NCBI RefSeq assembly: GCF_036365525.1
Contig: NC_090378.1
Span: forward strand, 122,993,593 to 123,057,592
Source: Heterodontus francisci
Taxonomy: Eukaryota
Direction of reading: 5' to 3'
Length of the DNA stretch: 64,000 nt
Positions 49,601 through 61,384 of this stretch are shown in pieces (position 1 is the first letter of the stretch; every line of letters begins with the position of its first letter). Under the pieces are notes generated by a model, which was given only the letters and a program-made list of their open reading frames with translations, did no database searches and had not been told where the DNA came from. Both the position numbers and the translations under genes were made by a program.

Positions 49601-52600
49601 ATATAATGATGGACACACATTCCCACCTCCTGTATTGAAACATCCCACAGTTATATATAATATATAATAATGGATACACATTCCCACTTCCTGTACTGAC
49701 ACATCGCACAGTTATGTATAATATATAATAATGGACACACATTCCCACCTCCTGTACTGAAACATCCCACAGTTATATATAATATATAATAATGGATACA
49801 CATTCCCACTTCCTGTACTGACACATCCCACAGTTATATATAATATATAATAATGGACACATATTCCCACCTCCTGTACTGAAACATCCCACAGTTATAT
49901 ATAATATATAATAATGGATACACATTCCCACTTCCTGTACTGACACATCCCACAGTTATATATAATATATAATAATGGATACACATTCCCACTTCCTGTA
50001 CTGACACATCCCACAGTTATATATAATATATAATAATGGACACACATTCCCACCTCCTGTACTGAAACATCCCACAGTTATATATAATATATAATAATGG
50101 AAACACATTCCCACTTCCTGTACTGACACATCCCACAGTTATATATAATATATAATAATGGATACACATTCCCACTTCCTGTACTGACACATCCCACAGT
50201 TATATATAATATATAATAATGGACACACATTCCCACCTCCTGTACTGAAACATCCCACAGTTATATATAATATATAATAATGGATACACATTCCCACTTC
50301 CTGTACTGACACATCCCACAGTTAAATATAATATATAATAATGGATACACATTCCCACTTCCTGTACTGACACATCCCACAGTTATATATAATATATAAT
50401 AAAGGACACACATTCCCACCTCCTGTACTGAAACATCCCAGTTATATATAATATATAATAATGGATACACATTCCCACTTCCTGTACTGACACATCCCAC
50501 AGTTATATATAATATATAATAATGGATACACATTCCCACTTCCTGTACTGACACGTCCCACAGTTATATATAGTATATAATAATGGATACACATTCCCAC
50601 CTCCTGTACTGACACATCCCACAGTTATATATAATATATAATAATGGATACACATTCCCACATCCTGTACTGACACGTCCCACAGTTATATATAATATAT
50701 AATAATGGATAGACATTCCCACTTCCTGTACTGACACATCCCACAGTTATATATAAGATATAATAATGGATACACATTCCCACTTCCTGTACTGACACAT
50801 CCCACAGTTATATATTACATATAATAATGGATACACATTCCCACTTCCTGTACTGACACGTCCCACAGTTATATATAGTACATAATAATGGATACACATT
50901 CCCACTTCCTGTACTGACACATCCCACAGTTATATATAATATATAATAATGGACACATATTCCCACCTCCTGTACTGAAACATCCCACAGTTATATATAA
51001 TATATAATAATGGATACACATTCCCACTTCCTGTACTGACACATCCCACAGTTATATATAATATATAATAATGGATACACATTCCCACTTCCTGTACTGA
51101 CACATCCCACAGTTATATATAATATATAATAATGGATACACATTCCCACCTCCTGTACTGACACATCCCACAGTTATATATAATATATAATAATGGATAC
51201 ACATTCCCACATCCTGTACTGACACGTCCCACAGTTATATATAATATATAATAATGGACACACATTCCCACCTCCTGTATTGAAACATCCCACAGTTATA
51301 TATAATATATAATAATGGATACACATTCCCACTTCCTGTACTGACACATCGCACAGTTATATATAATATATAATAATGGACACACATTCCCACCTCCTGT
51401 ACTGAAACATCCCACAGTTATATATCATATATAATAATGGATACACATTACCACTTCCTGTACTGACACATCCCACAGTTATATATAATATATAATAATG
51501 GACACATATTCCCACCTCCTGTACTGAAACATCCCACAGTTATATATAATATATAATAATGGATACACATTCCCACTTCCTGTACTGACACATCCCACAG
51601 TTATATATAATATATAATAATGGATACACATTCCCACTTCCTGTACTGACACATCCCACAGTTATATATAATATATAATAATGGACACACATTCCCACCT
51701 CCTGTACTGAAACATCCCACAGTTATATATAATATATAATAATGGAAACACATTCCCACTTCCTGTACTGACACATCCCACAGTTATATATAATATATAA
51801 TAATGGATACACATTCCCACTTCCTGTACTGACACATCCCACAGTTATATATAATATATAATAATGGACACACATTCCCACCTCCTGTACTGAAACATCC
51901 CACAGTTATATATAATATATAATAATGGATACACATTCCCACTTCCTGTACTGACACATCCCACAGTTAAATATAATATATAATAATGGATACACATTCC
52001 CACTTCCTGTACTGACACATCCCACAGTTATATATAATATATAATAAAGGACACACATTCCCACCTCCTGTACTGAAACATCCCAGTTATATATAATATA
52101 TAATAATGGATACACATTCCCACTTCCTGTACTGACACATCCCACAGTTATATATAATATATAATAATGGATACACATTCCCACTTCCTGTACTGACACG
52201 TCCCACAGTTATATATAGTATATAATAATGGATACACATTCCCACCTCCTGTACTGACACATCCCACAGTTATATATAATATATAATAATGGATACACAT
52301 TCCCACATCCTGTACTGACACGTCCCACAGTTATATATAATATATAATAATGGATAGACATTCCCACTTCCTGTACTGACACATCCCACAGTTATATATA
52401 AGATATAATAATGGATACACATTCCCACTTCCTGTACTGACACATCCCACAGTTATATATTACATATAATAATGGATACACATTCCCACTTCCTGTACTG
52501 ACACATCGCACAGTTCTATGTAATATATAATAATGGACACACATTCCCACCTCCTGTACTGAAACATCCCACAGTTATATATAATATATAATAATGGATA

Positions 52601-55600
52601 CACATTCCCACTTCCTGTACTGACACATCCCACAGTTATATATAATATATAATAATGGATACACATTCCCACTTCCTGTACTGACACATCCCACAGTTAT
52701 ATATAATATATAATAATGGACACACATTCCCACCTCCTGTACTGAAACATCCCACAGTTATATATAATATATTATAATGGATACACATTCCCACTTCCTG
52801 TACTGACACATCCCACAGTTATATATAATATATTATAATGGATACACATTCCCACTTCCTGTACTGACACATCCCACAGTTATATATAATATATAATAAT
52901 GGACACACATTCCCACCTCCTGTACTGAAACATCCCACAGTTATATATAATATATAATAATGGATACACATTCCCACTTCCTGTACTGACACATCCCACA
53001 GTTATATATAATATATAATAATGGATACACATTCCCACTTCCTGTACTGACACATCCCACAGTTATATATAATATATAATAATGGACACACATTCCCACC
53101 TCCTGTACTGAAACATCCCACAGTTATATATAATATATAATAATGGATACACATTCCCACTACCTGTACTGACACATCCCACAGTTATATATAATATATA
53201 ATAATGGACACACATTCCCACCTCCTGTACTGAAACATCCCACAGTTACATATAATATATAATAATGGATACACATTCCCACTTCCTGTACTGACACATC
53301 CCACAGTTATATATAATATATAATGATGGATACACATTCCCACTTCCTGTACTGACACATCCCACAGTTATATATAATATATAATAATGGACACACATTC
53401 CCACCTCCTGTATTGAAACATCCCACAGTTATATATAATATATAATAATGGATACACATTCCCACTTCCTGTACTGACACATCGCACAGTTATATATAAT
53501 ATATAATAATGGACACACATTCCCACCTCCTGTACTGAAACATCCCACAGTTATATATAATATATAATAATGGATACACATTCCCACTTCCTGTACTGAC
53601 ACATCCCACAGTTATATATAATATATAATAATGGACACATATTCCCACCTCCTGTACTGAAACATCCCACAGTTATATATAATATATAATAATGGATACA
53701 CATTCCCACTTCCTGTACTGACACATCCCACAGTTATATATAATATATAATAATGGATACACATTCCCACTTCCTGTACTGACACATCCCACAGTTATAT
53801 ATAATATATAATAATGGACACACATTCCCACCTCCTGTACTGAAACATCCCACAGTTATATATAATATATAATAATGGAAACACATTCCCACTTCCTGTA
53901 CTGACACATCCCACAGTTATATATAATATATAATAATGGATACACATTCCCACTTCCTGTACTGACACATCCCACAGTTATATATAATATATAATAATGG
54001 ACACACATTCCCACCTCCTGTACTGAAACATCCCACAGTTATATATAATATATAATAATGGATACACATTCCCACTTCCTGTACTGACACATCCCACAGT
54101 TAAATATAATATATAATAATGGATACACATTCCCACTTCCTGTACTGACACATCCCACAGTTATATATAATATATAATAATGGACACACATTCCCACCTC
54201 CTGTACTGAAACATCCCAGTTATATATAATATATAATAATGGATACACATTCCCACTTCCTGTACTGACACATCCCACAGTTATATATAATATATAATAA
54301 TGGATACACATTCCCACTTCCTGTACTGACACATCCCACAGTTATATATAATATATAATAATGGATACACATTCCCACTTCCTGTACTGACACATCCCAC
54401 AGTTATATATAATATATAATAATGGACACACATTCCCACCTCCTGTACTGACACATCCCACAGTTATATATAATATATAATAATGGATACACATTCCCAC
54501 TTCCTGTACTGACACATCCCACAGTTATATATAATATATAATAATGGATACACATTCCCACTTCCTGTACTGACACGTCCCACAGTTATATATAGTATAT
54601 AATAATGGATACACATTCCCACCTCCTGTACTGACACATCCCACAGTTATATATAATATATAATAATGGATACACATTCCCACATCCTGTACTGACACGT
54701 CCCACAGTTATATATAATATATAATAATGGATACACATTCCCACTTCCTGTACTGACACATCCCACAGTTATATATAAGATATAATAATGGATACACATT
54801 CCCACTTCCTGTACTGACACATCCCACAGTTATATATTACTTATAATAATGGATACACATTCCCACTTCCTGTACTGACACGTCCCACAGTTATATATAG
54901 TACATAATAATGGATACACATTCCCACCTCCTGTACTGAAACATCCCACAGTTATATATAATATATAATAATGGATACACATTCCCACTTCCTGTACTGA
55001 CACATCCCACAGTTATATATAATATATAATGATGGATACACATTCCCACTTCCTGTACTGAAACATCCCACAGTTATATATAATATATAATAATGGAAAC
55101 ACATTCCCACTTCCTGTACTGACACATCCCACAGTTATATATAATATATAATAATGGATACACATTCCCACTTCCTGTACTGACACATCCCACAGTTATA
55201 TATAATATATAATAATGGACACACATTCCCACCTCCTGTACTGAAACATCCCACAGTTATATATAATATATAATAATGGATACACATTCCCACTTCCTGT
55301 ACTGACACATCCCACAGTTAAATATAATATATAATAATGGATACACATTCCCACTTCCTGTACTGACACATCCCACAGTTATATATAATATATAATAATG
55401 GACACACATTCCCACCTCCTGTACTGACACATCCCACAGTTATATATAATATATAATAATGGATACACATTCCCACTTCCGGTACTGACACATCCCACAG
55501 TTATATATAATATATAATAATGGACACACATTCCCACCTCCTGTACTGAAACATCCCACAGTTATATATAATATATAATAATGGATACACATTCCCACTT

Positions 55601-58600
55601 CCTGTACTGACACATCCCACAGTTATATATAATATATAATGATGGATACACATTCCCACCTCCTGTACTGAAACATCCCACAGTTATATATAATATATAA
55701 TAATGGACACACATTCCCACCTCCTGTACTGAAACATCCCACAGTTATATATAATATATAATAATGGATACACATTCCCACTTCCTGTACTGACACATCC
55801 CACAGTTATATATAATATATAATGATGGATACACATTCCCACTTCCTGTACTGACACGTCCCACAGTTATATATAGTTTATAATAATGGATACACAGTCC
55901 CACCTCCTGTACTGAAACATCCCACAGTTATATATAATATATAATAATGGATACACATTCCCACTTCCTGCACTGACACATATCACAGTTATATATAATA
56001 TATAATAATGGACACACATTCCCACCTCCTGTATTGAAACATCCCACAGTTATATATAATATATAATAATGGATACACATTCCCACTTCCTGTACTGACA
56101 CATTGCACAGTTCTATATAATATATAATAATGGACACACATTCCCACCTCCTGTACTGAAACATTCCACAGTTATATATCATATATAATAATGGATACAC
56201 ATTACCACTTCCTGTACTGACACATCCCACAGTTATCTATAATATATAATAATGGACACATATTCCCACCTCCTGTACTGAAACATCCCACAGTTATATA
56301 TAATATATAATAGTGGATACACATTCCCACTTCCTGTACTGACACATCCCACAGTTATATATAATATATAATAATGGATACACATTCCCACTTCCTGTAC
56401 TGACACATCCCACAGTTATATATAATATATAATAATGGACACACATTCCCACCTCCTGTACTGAAACATCCCACAGTTATATATAATATATTATAATGGA
56501 TACACATTCCCACTTCCTGTACTGACACATCCCACAGTTATATATAATATATAATAATGGATACACATTCCCACTTCCTGTACTGACACATCCCACAGTT
56601 ATATATAATATATAATAATGGACACACATTCCCACCTCCTGTACTGAAACATCCCACAGTTATATATAATATATAATAATGGATACACATTCCCACTTCC
56701 TGTACTGACACATCCCACAGTTATATATAATATATAATAATGGATACACATTCCCACTTCCTGTACTGACACATCCCACAGTTATATATAATATATAATA
56801 ATGGACACACATTCCCACCTCCTGTACTGAAACATCCCACAGTTATATATAATATATAATAATGGATACACATTCCCACTTCCTGTACTGACACATCCCA
56901 CAGTTATATATAATATATAATAATGGACACACATTCCCACCTCCTGTACTGAAACATCCCACAGTTATATATAATATATAATAATGGATACACATTCCCA
57001 CTTCCTGTACTGACACATCCCACAGTTATATATAATATATAATGATGGATACACATTCCCACTTCCTGTACTGACACATCCCACAGTTATATATAATATA
57101 TAATAATGGACACACATTCCCACCTCCTGTATTGAAACATCCCACAGTTATATATAATATATAATAATGGATACACATTCCCACTTCCTGTACTGACACA
57201 TCGCACAGTTATATATAATATATAATAATGGACACACATTCCCACCTCCTGTACTGAAACATCCCACAGTTATATATAATATATAATAATGGATACACAT
57301 TCCCACTTCCTGTACTGACACATCCCACAGTTATATATAATATATAATAATGGACACATATTCCCACCTCCTGTACTGAAACATCCCACAGTTATATATA
57401 ATATATAATAATGGATACACATTCCCACTTCCTGTACTGACACATCCCACAGTTATATATAATATATAATAATGGATACACATTCCCACTTCCTGTACTG
57501 ACACATCCCACAGTTATATATAATATATAATAATGGACACACATTCCCACCTCCTGTACTGAAACATCCCACAGTTATATATAATATATAATAATGGAAA
57601 CACATTCCCACTTCCTGTACTGACACATCCCACAGTTATATATAATATATAATAATGGATACGCATTCCCACTTCCTGTACTGACACATCCCACAGTTAT
57701 ATATAATATATAATAATGGACACACATTCCCACTTCCTGTACTGAAACATCCCACAGTTATATATAATATATAATAATGGATACACATTCCCACTTCCTG
57801 TACTGAGACATCCCACAGTTAAATATAATATATAATAATGGATACACATTCCCACTTCCTGTACTGACACATCCCACAGTTATATATAATATATAATAAT
57901 GGACACACATTCCCACCTCCTGTACTGAAACATCCCAGTTATATATAATATATAATAATGGATACACATTCCCACTTCCTGTACTGACACATCCCACAGT
58001 TATATATAATATATAATAATGGATACACATTCCCACTTCCTGTACTGACACATCCCACAGTTATATATAATATATAATAATGGATACACATTCCCACTTC
58101 CTGTACTGACACGTCCCACAGTTTTCTATAGTATATAATAATGGATACACATTCCCACCTCCTGTACTGACACATCCCACAGTTATATATAATATATAAT
58201 AATGGATACACATTCCTACATCCTGTACTGACACGTCCCACAGTTATATATAATATATAATAATGGATAGACATTCCCACTCCTGTGCTGACACATCCCA
58301 CAGTTATATATAAGATATAATAATGGATACACATTCCCACTTCCTGTACTGACACATCCCACAGTTATATATTACATATAATAATGGATACACATTCCCA
58401 CTTCCTGTACTGACACGTCCCACAGTTATATATAGTACATAATAATGGATACACATTCCCACCTCCTGTACTGAAACATCCCACAGTTATATATAATATA
58501 TAATAATGGATACACATTCCCACTTCCTGTACTGACACATCCCACAGTTATATATAAAATATAATGATGGATACACATTCCCACTTCCTGTACTGACACA

Positions 58601-60937
58601 TCCCACAGTTATATATAATATATAATAATGGACACACATTCCCACCTCCTGTATTGAAACATCCCACAGTTGTATATAATATATAATAATGGATACACAT
58701 TCCCACTTCCTGTACTGACACATCGCACAGTTCTTTATAATATATAATAATGGACACACATTCCCACCTCCTGTACTGAAACATCCCACAGTTATATATC
58801 ATATCTAATAATGGATACACATTACCACTTCCTGTACTGACACATCCCACAGTTATATATAATATATAATAATGGACACATATTCCCACCTCCTGTACTG
58901 AAACATCCCACAGTTATATATAATATATAATAATGGATACACATTCCCACTTCCTGTACTGACACATCCCACAGTTATATATAATATATAATAATGGATA
59001 CACATTCCCACTTCCTGTACTGACACATCCCACAGTTATATATAATATATAATAATGGACACACATTCCCACCTCCTGTACTGAAACATCCCACAGTTAT
59101 ATATAATATATTATAATGGATACACATTCCCACTTCCTGTACTGACACATCCCACAGTTATATATAATATATAATAATGGATACACCTTCCCACTTCCTG
59201 TACTGACACATCCCACAGTTATATATAATATATAATAATGGACACACATTCCCACCTCCTGTACTGAAACATCCCACAGTTATATATAATATATAATAAT
59301 GGATACACATTCCCACTTCCTGTACTGACACATCCCACAGTTATATATAATATATAATAATGGACACACATTCCCACCTCCTGTACTGAAACATCCCACA
59401 GTTATATATAATATATAATAATGGATACACATTCCCACTTCCTGTACTGACACATCCCACAGTTATATATAATATATAATAATGGACACATATTCCCACC
59501 TCCTGTACTGAAACATCCCACAGTTATATATAATATATAATAATGGATACACATTCCCACTTCCTGTACTGACACATCCCACAGTTATATATAATATATA
59601 ATAATGGATACACATTCCCACTTCCTGTACTGACACATCCCACAGTTATATATAATATATAATAATGGACACACATTCCCACCTCCTGTACTGAAACATC
59701 CCACAGTTATATATAATATATAATAATGGAAACACATTCCCACTTCCTGTACTGACACATCCCACAGTTATATATAATATATAATAATGGATACACATTC
59801 CCACTTCCTGTACTGACACATCCCACAGTTATATATAATATATAATAATGGACACACATTCCCACCTCCTGTACTGAAACATCCCACAGTTATATATAAT
59901 ATATAATAATGGATACACATTCCCACCTCCTGTATTGACACATCCCACAGTTAAATATAATATATAATAATGGATACACATTCCCACTTCCTGTACTGAC
60001 ACATCCCACAGTTATATATAATATATAATAATGGACACACATTCCCACCTCCTGTACTGAAACATCCCAGTTATATATAATATATAATAATGGATACACA
60101 TTCCCACTTCCTGTACTGACACATCCCACAGTTATATATAATATATAATAATGGATACACATTCCCACTTCCTGTACTGACACATCCCACAGTTATATAT
60201 AATATATAATAATGGATACACATTCCCACTTCCTGTACTGACACGTCCCACAGTTATATATAGTATATAATAATGGATACACATTCCCACCTCCTGTACT
60301 GACACATCCCACAGTTATATATAATATATAATAATGGATACACATTCCCACATCCTGTACTGACACGTCCCACAGTTATATATAATATATAATAATGGAT
60401 ACACATTCCCACTTCCTGTACTGACACATCCCGCAGTTATATATAAGATATAATAATGGATACACATTCCCACTTCCTGTACTGACACATCCCACAGTTA
60501 TATATTACATATAATAATGGATACACATTCCCACTTCCTGTACTGACACGTCCCACAGTTATATATAGTACATAATAATGGATACACATTCCCACCTCCT
60601 GTACTGAAACATCCCACAGTTATATATAATATACAATAATGGATACAGATTCCCACTTCCTGTACTGACACATCCCACAGTTATATATAATATATAATGA
60701 TGGATACACATTCCCACTTCCTGTACTGACACATCCCACAGTTATATTTCATATATAATAATGGACACACATTCCCACCTCCTGTATTGAAACATCTCAC
60801 AGTTGTATATAATATATAATAATGGATACACATTCCCACTTCCTGTACTGACACATCGCACAGTTCTATATAATATATAATAATGGACACACATTCCCAC
60901 CTCCTGTACTGAAACATCCCACAGTTATATATCATAT
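16671..60937. repeat. 61-bp satellite, right (homogeneous) domain with higher-order structure
   Basis: Almost all monomers read ACACATTCCCAC. Two main types alternate: X (GGAC..CACCTCC..TGAAACAT) and Y (GGAT..CACTTCC..TGACACAT). Marker monomers recur at multiples of 61 bp. Confidence 0.99.
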
Positions 60938-61331
60938 GATATCATATCATGTGAGCCGCATGGATGATGGCAGGATCCCCAAAGACACATTGTACAGCGA
61001 GCTCGCCACTGGTATCAGACCCACCGGCCGTCCATGTCTCCGTTATAAAGACGTCTGCAAACGCGACATGAAATCGTGTGACATTGATCACAAGTCGTGG
61101 GAGTCAGTTGCCAGCATTCGCCAGAGCTGGCGGGCAGCCATAAAGACAGGGCTAAATTGTGGCGAGTCGAAGAGACTTAGTAGTTGGCAGGAAAAAAGAC
61201 AGAGGCGCAAGGGGAGAGCCAACTGTGCAACAGCCCCAACAAACAAATTTCTCTGCAGCACCTGTGGAAGAGCCTGTTACTCCAGAATTGGCCTTTATAG
61301 CCACTCCAGGCGCTGCTTCACAAACCACTGA
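60936..61331 (+). pseudogene. C-terminal fragment of the LINE ORF (131 aa including junction-derived MISY)
   Basis: From HVSRM onward it is identical to the end of the 290-aa ORF except E/D and H/Y. Confidence 0.88.
60938..60947 (+). other. 10-nt filler GATATCATAT at the 5' junction of LINE copy 2
   Basis: Absent from the matching empty-site monomers and from LINE copy 1, which reads TTGGC before CATGTG. It matches the adjacent flank in direct and inverted orientation. Confidence 0.85.
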
Positions 61332-61384
61332 CCACCTCCAGGCGCGTATCCATTGTCTCTCGAGATAAGGAGGCCCAAAGAAAG
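60948..61384 (+). mobile_element. 5'-truncated RTE-clade-like LINE, copy 2, 437 bp
   Basis: 60948-61376 aligns without gaps to 15614-16042 with two substitutions (A15631/T60965, C15944/T61278). Tail is (AAAG)2; no TSD. Confidence 0.96.
61349..61371 (+). other. Predicted 3' UTR stem-loop of LINE copy 2
   Basis: Same sequence as 16015-16037. Confidence 0.6.

Noticed and set aside
60948-61384. Copy 2 as a satellite-mediated duplicate of copy 1
   Set aside because: Host monomers and tails differ. Removing 60938-61384 restores the TATCATAT-ATAATAATGGATACACATTACCAC variant found empty about a dozen times (e.g. ~18141, 23933, 28201, 42342).
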